DNA of 64,000 nt from Microbotryum violaceum (lineage: Eukaryota): positions 496,001 through 560,000 of the forward strand of contig CDLV01000008.1 of the NCBI GenBank assembly GCA_001244265.2, read 5' to 3'. The position numbers were made by a program, and so were the translations under genes. This document shows, piece by piece, positions 12,878-23,876 of this stretch. The notes beneath the pieces were generated by a model. The model saw only the letters and a list, made by a program, of their open reading frames with translations, did not search any database and was not told the origin of the DNA. The number at the start of each line of letters is the position of its first letter. The stretch's first letter is position 1.

Positions 12878-13454
12878 AGGGGGCACGAAATGGCAAAGGT
12901 GTAGTCGCTTGGTTGAGCAGCGGGAAGAATATCGAGACTAGTGACTTTAGATGGTGTAACATGATCGGAGTAGTTGCTGGATTTTTGGAAGAATCGAAAC
13001 AAAGCAAGTTTTCGTTCGAGTGGGGCTGTCAATACCCGGAAGCGTCGTGTGCTCAGAGCAAATCACACAATGCGTCGGATGCAAATCACGAGAATCAGGT
13101 AGGGCAATCCACATGTCTCAGCGAGCACCCTGTGAAAGACTGTGCAGGCCAGATCTTTTGCCCATGCGCAACATGGGCTTCCTATGCCACGAATCCAAGG
13201 TGGCCTTCCGTGGTGAAGATATCAGAGCAATCCAACCGCAGTCATGAGCGTGTGCCAAGAGCGTAGTTTTTCACAACGTTTGTGCCCAAGTACGTCCATA
13301 GCGAACCGGTCCTCACTCTCAGACTTGTTCTTCTTTTTCGAAATGGGATCAGATTTCAAAACCCTTCTTCCGGAGCTTTCAAAAACGCTTCCCCCAAAAC
13401 ACCTGCGAAACGACTTTTCCTCGATCAAGCGACTTGCTGCGAAAAAGAAGACAT

Positions 13455-14526
13455 TTATGCGACGATCGAGACGACACCACCGGCCTCGACGATCTTTTGT
13501 TCGGCACGACGGGAGACGTATCGGGCCTTGAGGATGATGGGGAAGGCGGGCAATCGACCCTTGGCCAGGACCTTGCCGTAGCCCTGAAAGGAGGGGATTT
13601 AAACCAAGTCAGCCCTAGGAGGTTCCTTTCAAAGACAAGCTTGAGTTAGACTCACGGCAGCGAGAGTATCAACAACGGGGACGACGGCGGAATCGGTGGA
13701 AAGACCCTTTCGCTGGGCTTCAGGGATAAGGGACTGTGCGACGATAAGTTCCAGGTAGATGTTAGCATTCAGCTCGTTGCTCGTGCCCGTAATGACGCCG
13801 TTAAAGCTCGTCATGCTTCCATCCATCGTGTCGAAATCCTCCACCTCGCCGCTGCGTGTCTCCCTTGCCCACGTGATGCCTGTCCGGTGTCCCATTTGTT
13901 CCCCGTCTGCCATGCCTCGGACCTCAAGGTTCCAAGTACGATGTGGTCGACTTGTGATGGCCATGGCGTTCAAAGCGAGCCGATCGAAGAAAGAGAGAGG
14001 GTATACTCACTGCGAGCTTGTCGCAGTTGACGACAGGGCGCCAGAGAGCGGCCTTGTTCTTGTGGAAATGCCTCATCCCAACTTTACCGAAGTATCCGTA
14101 ATGGTACTGTTCACCATTGAGAATCAACATCAGTACCCCGTTTGCATCAAGCTAGGACTCTTCCTCCCGTGAGACCCGTCCCCGTCCTGCCCGGCTTTGC
14201 TGGTCGTTGTTGCGCAGGCCTACCGCCAACGCGAGATATCGGTAGGCCGCAATTTGCATTCGTCGCAGCGCCGAGGGACGGGGCCGTCTCGTGGGGTGTG
14301 CTGCTCACCTTATCGAAGTTGGTTCGGTGATGATGTTGTCCACCAGCCTGTAAGAAGAAGAGTGGAACGAGGAATGAGTACTCTGTAGCCGATCACCGGG
14401 GGCCAGAGCGATGTGAAGACGTACCAAACCACGTCCACCCGGATGCTTGCGGTGCTTGCCGACACGACCGTGACCGGCCGAGACGTGACCCCTGTGCTTG
14501 CGTGTCTTGCTGAATCGGGTAGGCAT
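13455..14526 (-). CDS. RPL28: 60S ribosomal protein uL15 (yeast L28 / L27a)
   Basis: [33 protein letters not shown]...[11 protein letters not shown]...[12 protein letters not shown]. Multiple introns, plus a probable 5'-UTR intron ending immediately before the ATG. Confidence 0.97.
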
Positions 14527-15436
14527 CTAGAAAGGATAAAGAATGATGTGGAAATGAGCACGACTGGGGTATGTGCGGGTGTAGGATGAGATGATGAGTC
14601 GTGGTCGGCGGCCGTCGCTCGTCTCTGCGTAGGGCCTGCCTGCCGCGCTCAGAATGGCGCGGGCGGCGGCGCGGTGGGCCAGGCTCGAAAAAATCAAAGA
14701 CGCCCGCGCTCGTCGCTGGCGTGCGCGCTGGGCTGGCTGGGCTGAACTAAGCCTGCCGGCACGACGTCGCACGAGCTCGCCTCCGACCGTCGACGCACAG
14801 CCTACTGTAGAGCGTAGGATGCTGGTGGCGGGGTCGATATGGGACGAGACGATGTGGTCCGAGTTGCAGGTGCACGTCGTTGGTGGTAGGTAGGTGGTGT
14901 GACTTACAGTGTTGGCGACCTGAGTGACGAGAACCAGAAGCTGAGAAGCGAGCTGGGCTGGCGCCTCGTAGTGCCCGTCCGACGCGGCCTCGATCTGCCT
15001 CGATTCTTGGGCGCGCGAAAGTCGTCCGCCGGCGTGCTGGGTGCAATTGGGCATTAGTCTGGCCGACTCACCCGCCGCATTCTAATTAGAAAACGGTGAA
15101 CAACACGGCGCTTGCCATGCCTGTGCTCCCAGTTGGCACCCGGCTCTTTCTCTCGCATCCGCTTTGCTCTACCAGGCTTGCGTGTCACCCATCCCTCCCT
15201 CCCTCCATCCTTGCCTCGCTCCGCCGCCCAAACATCTCACCCGACAACCTCGATCTTGATTGATCGACGGTACAGCTCTCCTCCTGTGGCGAGTTTGGAG
15301 GCGCAGAGACGTCCCCCGTGCAGCAGGAAAAAGTCCCCCCTCTTGACGTCGTGGTGAGTGATGCTTCCCCCTCTGCGCTCTGCGACAACGACGACGTCGA
15401 TGCCTCAGGGTCCGCGGGTGCACTCTCACATGGGAA

Positions 15437-15560
15437 AGGGGACGAGATGAAGAAACAAATGTAACTCAATCTGTCAATCCAAGTATTCGCGCCGGCACTA
15501 CAAAGGACTTCGGTCCCAGTCGGAGCGTTGCCGCAAACACATTGCTCTTTCTGATCCCCT
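15437..15560 (+). ncRNA. Box C/D snoRNA with an 18S rRNA guide (SNORD110/snoR14-like), intronic
   Basis: Terminal stem AGGGGA (15437) / TCCCCT (15555). Box C variant ATGAAGA (15447) and box D CTGA (15551). CTCAATCTGTCAATCC (15465-15480) is the reverse complement of conserved 18S GGATTGACAGATTGAG. Internal GGAC-TTCG-GTCC hairpin. Lies in a GTGAGT (15354)...CAG (15699) intron. Confidence 0.8.
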
Positions 15561-15721
15561 TTACGACCTTCTTCAAGGCCCTGCTGAAGCTTCATCGTTG
15601 TCGTTGTTGTCGTTGCCTTTATTGTTACTCGAAGCCCGGCGGCGCGTTCATTGTGGACCCGGTCCAGAGCTGACAAGATTCGTCTCCTACCGCAATCAGG
15701 GTTGCTCAGCCGTAATCCAGG

Positions 15722-16279
15722 ATGAACGCTCCTTCACGATACGATCAATTCGTCTTGGCCGATGGCGAGCCGAGGTGAGTTGATGGCGGTGTTATCATGC
15801 AATGCGTTCGCCGCACTGACGAGAACGTCCACTTGATGCAGGCTCGTCGTCGATGAAGACACCAAGATTCCCAACGCGGCGACGGTGACCATCAACAAGC
15901 AGGACCACACCTTGGCCAACATGCTCCGAGCGTCAGTCCAATGTGTTCAAGCCTACACCCCCTCTCAAATGATTTTGACTCTGCTTCCTCTCTGATCCCC
16001 CACAGACAACTGTTGTCGTTTTCCTACGTGACCTTTGCTGGCTACCGAGTGCCGCACCCGCTCGAACCCAAGGTCGTGCTCAAAATCCAAACCGACGGGT
16101 CGGCCTCGCCGCTCGAAGCGATCGGCGACGCCGTGCAAGCCATCATCGTCATCCTCGCCAAGATGAAGGAGCAGTTTGGTCAAGAGCTGATCAAGGCGCG
16201 CGCGTTGGGCACGAATGACGAGGGGGACTTCTACGGCGGTGGGATGGAAGGTGTCGAGGCCCAGGCTGGGTTTCTCTGA
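15722..16279 (+). CDS. RPB11: RNA polymerase II subunit Rpb11
   Basis: MNAPSRYDQFVLADGEP|...DTKIPNAATVTINKQDHTLANMLR|...VTFAGYRVPHPLEP. Two coding introns. Confidence 0.96.
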
Positions 16280-16523
16280 GGAGTCGATCTTTAAATCATT
16301 TCTGTTTTCGTCATGTTGTCAAAGGGGGGGTTTTTTTTTTCGAGGATCGATCGATTTGTTGTAATTAAAGATGAAGCCATGTTGTACGCCCGGTGTTTTT
16401 CGCACTCGCGCTCGATCATCTTCGATCATTCGATGCCTCTCTGCTCCGCTGCTCGTCATCGATCGCACGTTTCGTTTGCCTTCAGCCCACACAGTTGATC
16501 GCTTCGTCTGCAGCAGCACCACC

Positions 16524-17615
16524 ATGCTCCGCCGCGCTGCCCGAGCCCTGCGGTTAGGAAAGGAACGCTACTTGAGAGGCCACGACCTGGAAGGTTCGCT
16601 ATGTCACCATGCACGACAATCCCCCGCCCCCCGATTGAGCTGACATTGAACCTGACCTTTCGCAACGACCGATGTGGGGTGCTGTCATCGCTTCTTCCAT
16701 CCGGTCGTACATTCCTCCGTCATCGCTGCAACGTCAACGAATAGGCAACAGCTTCTATGAACGACCAGGGGAAGATCCAAGTCAGTCTTTGAGTCTCGTT
16801 GATCATCCCGTCTCGCTCTCGTGGCTGATCCAGAACATGCCTTTTCCCCTCCCCTTTCCTCTCTTGCCTCAGACGACTGGCGACAAACGAAACGCACGAT
16901 CGAATACGTCATCGCACGACCTTTGGGCGATTACCAATTCAATTCCATACCCGGTGAGGATCGTGTCTAGCTCCTCCGGCATCGGAACCCCTTCCGAGAT
17001 CTCCACCTCTTGATCCGAAATGACGAACTGAACTTTGGAACGCCGATCTCCCCAGCTCAATGGAACGGCTGGCTTCGCAAAACGCGCAAGGAACCACCCA
17101 CGATGGAGGAACTACAGCAAGATTACCAAAGGATGCAAAAACTGCAGACCAACGTCGAGAGGTTGAGGCACGATTACGAGATGGAGAAGTTTAGATTGGC
17201 CGAAGGGAATAGGCAGGATTTGAGGATTGGGAATGAAGGGATCAAGAAGGGGGTGGAGGAGAATGTGCATCAGAGACGAGAGGGAACAAAAGATATCGTT
17301 GCTGCTGGTCGAGGAGAGGAGGAGAAGGTGGTGGATCCCGCTGATTCGCAGAGAGGGGATGGGGAGGTCGAGGTTGGCGATCGGATATTGGCTGAGAAGA
17401 GTCGGAAGGCAGCCGAAACGGAAAGAGAGATGGCCCAGAAGAGGAGGGAGGAGTTTGGTCAGTCATGCTGGTTTCTCTGCGGTAGACTAGAGGAGACGCT
17501 TAGACCATTTCATCTCTTCTCTACAGCCAAACAAGTCGCCTCGAAGCCGAGGGGGAATCCCAGCGACTCGTTCCAACCTGATGCCTGGGCACCGACGGCG
17601 GCCAAGCAGAGGTAG
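16524..17615 (+). CDS. NDUFA12-family complex I assembly factor (NDUFAF2-like)
   Basis: Spliced GHDLEG|NSFYE...IP|AQWNGWLRKTRKEPPTMEEL and C-terminal FQPDAWAP. Confidence 0.8.
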
Positions 17616-18067
17616 TAGCGCACGTCTTGACATGCAACAAGACACGCTCCTCGACAGTCTTGTTTGAAGTCGCGAGGGAAGGTTGCAGGGCTTCTGCGGG
17701 GCTTATTGGAGTATCTACGCCGTCCCACGCACGATCGATGCGCAACCATTCGCGACTGCTCTGTAACAATGTTAAGGCTCAGACGCATACGAGCTGGAGG
17801 CCTAATTGCACACGAAATTAACCAAGATCTACACTACAGATCTAAACGGCGCCCCCTTCCCTCCTTCAGGCGTAGTGTGAAGAGTCAGGTCTCCCAAGTC
17901 AAGGCAAAAGGTTCGGTGCGAAAACAGTTGTCCGCGATGCCGCTCGCAGTTGCGGTGCATCGGGAGAGGAATGCTGCTCGGAGAGTCCTTGGTTGCCCGC
18001 TCACGAGGAGTGTCGGATATTGTTGTGCTAGAAGACGAGCCCCTTATTGAAACTGAACAGCGATGTG

Positions 18068-18195
18068 CTGAACGAGTTGGCGGCAGGGACGAGCCAATGA
18101 GTTCGTAATCAAGTGAAGATTTCAATAAAGGAGTTCTTCACATACCTGAACGAGTTGGCGGCAGGGACGAGCCAATGAGTTCGTAATCAAGTGAA
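18068..18195. repeat. Perfect 50-bp direct duplication (18068-18117 and 18146-18195)
   Basis: CTGAACGAGTTGGCGGCAGGGACGAGCCAATGAGTTCGTAATCAAGTGAA occurs twice with a 28-bp spacer. Confidence 0.95.
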
Positions 18196-18441
18196 AAAGA
18201 GGAGACAAAGACGCGAATTGCGCGCGCGACTAATATAAAGTGGAGACGCGCGTAGTGCGGATTTAAGGCAAGAGTAATTTACTTCAACACCCCTGGTCAT
18301 CTTGAGTCATGATGACGGGTTGACGAAAGCCGAAGACGAGTCCAGACTAGTATCAGCGCCTCCGCTGCGGAGCGAAGTGACGCTTTGCATGTGGCCATGT
18401 CGGTTTCGATGTTGACGGTTGAAAAAGGTGCGTCGAGCAAT

Positions 18442-18866
18442 CTATGGCTTGCTTTGGAAGTGAAGAGCCTGTGGATAGACAAAGGTAGCCGAGAATGAGT
18501 ATCAAGTCTCGAGTATCCCCGTCCCAAACCGATGCGTGGTGACTCACCTTGACCTGAGGAGGACCGGCAACGCCGCGAAGGTGATTAAGCTGTTCTAGAC
18601 CAGACATGTGTGCTGTGGCCGGGTCCTCAAGGAAAGGCTCTTTGAGAGCCTTAAGGACACGTCGCATCATCGAGGCGGATTTGGGTTCCTGATCAACGGA
18701 GAAGGCGAAGGGCGATGGGTCAGTTGCCAAAGCCCCTCTTTTCGACTCGACGAAACGCAAGACTGACCTTGGTACTTGTGGTCGAAGAAGAGGACTTCAT
18801 CAAGTAGTTCTTGGACATGGTTGACGAGAGCGTCTCGTAAGAGGAGTTGTTGCTGGTAGAGAACAT
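18442..18866 (-). CDS. Putative 88-aa three-exon orphan protein
   Basis: Two phase-0 introns with canonical donors (GTCAGT, GTGAGT) and CAG acceptors join into one open frame: MFSTSNNSSYETLSSTM...EPKSASMMRRVLKALKEPF...ALHFQSKP*. Confidence 0.5.
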
Positions 18867-19814
18867 CTTGGAGTGGTGTTGATCGTACGTGAGGGTGGAA
18901 GTCGAAGAACGAAGAATTCGAAGAAGGCTCTTTCTGCAGAGTGATGGAGAGAAGAGAAAGAGAAGGGACAGTGCGACTTGTTCAAGTCATATGATTCGGA
19001 AGAGATCAAAATCGTCGAACAGGGTCATTCTACCGGATTATACACAACTCATCACTCTCCAAGCCAGCGCCAGAGCCAGCGCCAGACCCCTGGTCGATCG
19101 CGCATCAGGTCGAGTCACGCCTTTCGGAGAGCCCACATCCCGAGTCAGGCCGGCGCGTATCGCCGGGCAATGACTCGATGCGCGAGCTCCGCGGCCGGGC
19201 CGGTTCTGGAACCTGACTCGATTGCTTTGTCAAACAGCTGAGACAGGCGTACCTTTGATATCGGTACCTATACCTCAGCAATCGGTCAGATGACTCAAGA
19301 TGCAGGAAGAGCATCCTCACACAATTATTCAAAGATTACATTTTCATAATTACAAATATCTCACCGCTAAGATGATACCGGTTCACAGAAGCTGCAAGGC
19401 TGAGTTGAGGTCGGACCGCCGCGGAACAGGATGAGAGTCAGAACTTAAATCTGGAAAGGGGGCGACAGAACCTTGACGTTGGGGCGGTTGGATAGTAGTC
19501 AACAACGATGCCTGTACCAGATAGATACACACTTGGCTGTTCATTCCATAGCCTTTCTGCCTTCGGCCTTTCGTTTGCCGCGCACGCTCCCGACAGCCTC
19601 GGGCTCGAGCGATCGCAGGCAATTTCCACTTCTTCACGTCCGTAGGAGCGAGCAGCTCACGCTGGCGATGGCAAAGGGAAGGAAACCAAGTGTTGGTAAT
19701 GTATAACATAAGACGAAGAAAGGCGAAAATACACTGCCAGTCACAGAACGTATAAACAGGGGGGGAAGGGTTGCACTTCTCTGCACTTCTCAAGCGGAGC
19801 GAGCTCATTTCCGT

Positions 19815-20423
19815 CTACTTGGATCCCGACGAGAATTTTGTGACGGCCTGGAGGAGTATTTGAATGGAGATGAATGTCAGTGAGCGTGGTGGCACGCGAG
19901 AATCCAGTCGCATTACGAAAGGTCTGACCTTTGTGCCTTCCGAGATGGCGTGCTTGGACAGCTCTCCGGGGAGGATCAATCGGACCGAGGTCTGGATCTC
20001 GCGCGACGAGATGGTCGACTTCTGGTTGTATTTCGCGAGTTTGGACGCTTCGAGGGTGATGCGCTCAAAGATGTCATTGACGAACGAGTTGAGGATCAGC
20101 ATCGCCTTGTTCGAAATACCGGTGTCGGGGTGGACTTGCTTCAACACCTTGCTGTGGACGGGCCAAGGCAGGCGCGAGATCGAGTTCGAGTTCAGGGGTT
20201 AGCGACTGAACCTCGAGCTTGGATGAGCCAATCTCAAAAGTACGCACTAGAGGTATGTCGAGAAGGTCTGCTTTCGGGGCTTCTTCTTCTTCTTCTTTTC
20301 ACCATCGGCGGCGGGGGCCTTCTTCACAGCCTTCTTGGCGGGCGCCTTGCCAGCGGGCGCCTTGGATGCGGGGGCCTTGCCGGCGGTCGAGGCAGGTTTC
20401 TTCTCAGCAGCTTTGGGGACCAT
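19815..20423 (-). CDS. HTB: Histone H2B
   Basis: [18 protein letters not shown]...[17 protein letters not shown]...[32 protein letters not shown]. Confidence 0.98.
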
Positions 20424-20877
20424 TGTTGCTGATGGATTTGGGTGGGTGAGGTAAGGGTTGAGTAGTGGAGTGGGTAAGGGGAAGGAGAGAGCGCAAAATG
20501 CTCTTGGGGCCCTTGTCTTCGAAGCGCGCGTGGAAACGATGTGTTTCGTCAAACAAGCTGACACGCTGGCACGCCCCAGCTCTGGGCCCTCGTTGACGAT
20601 GCATGATGGGCGTGGACCTAGGTCGAGTCAACTTGGCGCTCGTTGCCGCCCGGCCCGACTTGTGCGCGCATAGCCCTCCCTAGCTGGAGTCGACGGCTGA
20701 CGCAGCTGCCACGCTGGCGACGATTTGGATCGCCACTCGACCTCACTCGACGCGCGACAATCACCTCGACTTGCCTTCGTGCCTCAACGGTTTCGCTTTC
20801 CTTCCTTCAACCCACTCAACCCAACTGTTCATCACCCAACTCCCCAATCTCAATCCCAAACCCTTCAAACCTCAACC

Positions 20878-21433
20878 ATGTCTTCAGGCGGCAAATCAGG
20901 TATGTCGGGTTCAGTCAACCCTTTTCAACAGCAAGAATCCCTTTTGGCTGACACAGCCCGGCACCTCGTATGATTACAGGTGGAAAGGCCAAGGCCGGAG
21001 CCGACTCCAAGACTCAGTCGCGATCGTCCAAGGCCGGTCTTCAATTCCCCGTCGGTCGTATCCATCGATTGTTGCGACGAGGCAACTACGCCCAACGTGT
21101 CGGTGCCGGTGCGCCAGTCTACCTCGCCGCCGTGCTCGAGTACCTGGCCGCCGAGATCCTCGAATTGGCCGGCAACGCCGCTCGTGACAACAAGAAGTCG
21201 CGTATCATCCCGCGTCACTTGCAACTCGCGATCCGCAACGACGAGGAGTTGAATCGTCTGCTCGGCGCCGTCGTCATCTCGCAAGGTGGTGTCCTCCCCA
21301 ACATCCACTCCGAGCTCTTGCCGACGTGAGTCTTTCCACCTGATTTTCTGATCCTTCGATCGAGGCTGACATACTTCTCAAACGTCCCCTTGTCAGTAAA
21401 TCCGCCAAGGCAAAGGCCAGCCAAGAGTTGTAA
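20878..21433 (+). CDS. HTA: Histone H2A with C-terminal SQEL (gamma-H2A type) motif
   Basis: [20 protein letters not shown]...[23 protein letters not shown]...ASQEL*. Divergent from H2B. Confidence 0.98.
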
Positions 21434-21722
21434 ATGTGCGAAGGGTCTGTTGAGCGCGGAGAGATGTCGTTTCGATTTTCTGAAGTTGTAGCTGTCTTAC
21501 TACGCTAAGTTGCCAAAGCACCCTTGATTGCGGGTTTTATCGCGCGACCCGTTGCGGACCAAACATGGAGCAAGTGACTTGCTCCACCGCTGAGATAGCA
21601 ACGTCAGAATATGAGTCAAGACAGATCTGAGCTTCAGCTTGCGCGCGTCGAACGCGGCTCTCTTCCTCTTACTTATCATCCCGCATATCAATCGATTGAT
21701 TGATCCTCAATTATCTGAAGAC

Positions 21723-22115
21723 ATGACAGGAACTCAGAGGCATCAGACGAACAATCCTTACGAGGCGCAATTCGGCTATTCTCGTGCGGTTCGCCGGGGC
21801 CAATTCATCTCCGTATCTGGGACCACCTCGCTTGCGCCTACGACAGGCGAAATCCTGCATCCTGGCGAGGCTTACGAGCAAGCGCTGGTCATCTTTGCCG
21901 AAATCATCAAGGCCGTCGGAGCATTGGGAGGATCACAAGGCGATATCGTACGGGTCAGGATGTTTGTGACGCACGACGAAGACACGACAGGGGTCGCTCG
22001 CGCCTTGATGGAAACTCTCGGTCGCGTCGCGCCGGCCGCGACCATGATTGTCGGAGCGCGATTCGTGGACGCGAAGATGCTGGTAGAGATTGAGGGTGAT
22101 GCTGTGGTAGTATGA
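21723..22115 (+). CDS. Rid (YjgF/YER057c/UK114) family protein, YjgH-like, intronless
   Basis: YEAQFGYSRAVRRGQFISVSGTT...DIVRVRMFVT...PAATMIVGARFVDAKMLVEIEGDA. Confidence 0.9.
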   Translation: MTGTQRHQTNNPYEAQFGYSRAVRRGQFISVSGTTSLAPTTGEILHPGEAYEQALVIFAEIIKAVGALGGSQGDIVRVRMFVTHDEDTTGVARALMETLGRVAPAATMIVGARFVDAKMLVEIEGDAVVV

Positions 22116-22138
22116 TAGCGTTATGGAACAAAGAGCCG

Positions 22139-22609
22139 TTACGGAACAACCCTTGTGGTGGCCGATCGCCTCTCACGCAATCGTCTCCTGGCTTGCCACC
22201 ACTTTTCCCCTGTGGACCCCTCGCCCGCTTCGTCCGCTCCGCCCGCGATCTCGGTGTCTGTCAGGACTTCATCCCCGGCAACATCCGGATCTCCTGCACG
22301 AACATCCTCGCTCTTCTCCCCGTCGATCTCATCCCCCTCGATGTACTGCTCCCACATCTCGTCACGTTTCACACGCCTCGATGGTTCGCTGGAAGTGAAC
22401 GGCGAAGGCGACGTGTTTTTCCAGTCCAGATGATCTTTGCCTTGATGCGACACTTTCTCATGAGGCCGAGAGAATTGTAACCATCTGGGTGGTTCTTGTC
22501 GAAAGACGAGACCGGACGAGATTTGCTCCGAAGCCAGCGGTGCGGCACTGGTTGTCGGCAGGTGCGCTAAGGTGCAGAGGGCGAAGACCAGAGCGAGCAA
22601 CAACCTCAT
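22139..22609 (-). CDS. Small secreted protein with a dibasic (Kex2-like) site
   Basis: Signal peptide MRLLLALVFALCTLAHLPTTSA|AP, then RRVKR followed by an acidic segment and a basic tail. No recognisable family. Confidence 0.6.
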   Translation of the reverse strand: MRLLLALVFALCTLAHLPTTSAAPLASEQISSGLVFRQEPPRWLQFSRPHEKVSHQGKDHLDWKNTSPSPFTSSEPSRRVKRDEMWEQYIEGDEIDGEKSEDVRAGDPDVAGDEVLTDTEIAGGADEAGEGSTGEKWWQARRRLRERRSATTRVVP

Positions 22610-23146
22610 GGACGCGTAGGCCCCTGCGCGTCGTTGGGCACGACTCTCGACTTGCATTCGCACTTGTGAGGTCATGGTAGCCAGAAAACTCTGAGGGCAT
22701 TGGGTATGATTGTCATCGACACATCGAAGATACCTACCAGTGCCGCACTAAAACTTCATTCTGCCGTTGGGCTCTAGTGACTGTCGGCTCGCGGTCGCTT
22801 AGTGTCCTACGCGTTGCCTAAATAACAGTCCGTGCCGTCGGGCGGCCTCATTTCCGACACTTCCGAGGCGGTGCCCGCTGCCATAAGCCCCTATGCATCG
22901 ACCTCAGCTGAAGCAGGCACGATTACGTTGCCTTTCTTTTGCCCGATCATACCTAGGTACCTCCAGCTTCGTTCGATGGGAAAACAAGTCATCTCTGCCC
23001 ACGAGGTCAGAGTATCTACGTGATCATTGGTGCCGAGCGACGAGCCCTAGCAACGAATCGGACCGGGCCCATCTTCCGAGTCTGGTAGACCAGACGCTGA
23101 TCCGGGCTGGGCCAGCAAATTTGTATGGTCGGTGCGCGATTCAGAA

Positions 23147-23730
23147 TCAGGGATGCGTACAACAATCCACAGTATAAACAAGCCTATTCCGGTCACTAGT
23201 TCCCAGCGTACGCCTCAGGGAACTGCAGAAGAGGGAGAAGACACACCGAAGCCGGGCGGAAGTCAGGAAGCCACTGTCAGCACAAAGAGCTATGCTGAAC
23301 GACAGAAACAGCAGGTGCGGTTTCACCTTGAATCCAAACTCGTCGCGCAAAATTTGCCTGATGGGCCCCACTCTCATATCGATCCAGCGTCCATCCGGGT
23401 CGTTTTCGTTCTTCCGCGTCGTGTGGAGCCTCGCGCACCTTGAGCCCTCGTACTCCATCCCTTCCCTGAAATAGAGCGTGGTCCTTCTCCCCGTCTCTCG
23501 ATGCAGCTTAGTACAAACGAAAAGTTTGACGAATGTTGCATTCGCGTGATTCGAACTGTAATAGTTGAGCACTTCCAAGTCCGCGGATCCCACGGTCGCC
23601 AGCGCGAACGAGTATGTTGGGGTCCAATACTCCTTGGTCGAGGCTGTCGCTTCGACGTTGTTCCAGACAGTCCACCGCTGCGGGGAAACGCGGGGCCCAC
23701 CTTTCGCCATTCCGTCGAGGAGTGATGGTC
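23147..23730 (-). pseudogene. Arylamine N-acetyltransferase-like C-terminal fragment
   Basis: WTPTYSFALATVGSADLEVLNYYSSNHANATFVKLFVCT...GRRTTL...ILRDEFG resembles NAT domain III. There is an in-frame stop just upstream and no room for the catalytic N-terminal half. Confidence 0.45.
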
Positions 23731-23876
23731 AAAGTGCTCCTCACGTGACCAGACTGGATCATTTCCGGCGCGGTGCAACTTCACCTTCACTACTGTCTTG
23801 GCGACAGCGATGACCAGTCGGCAAGACTAATAGCTGGACTTCTGACTTGCAAATTTTTGAATCGAATCATCTACAA

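Noticed and set aside
13735-14010. Possible snoRNA in the long RPL28 intron
   Set aside because: No convincing C/D or H/ACA boxes or rRNA guide found by eye.
15322-15345. RNase MRP CR-I-like GAAAAAGTCCCC
   Set aside because: No matching GGGGCT (CR-V) downstream; the region is better explained as the RPB11 leader plus the snoRNA intron.
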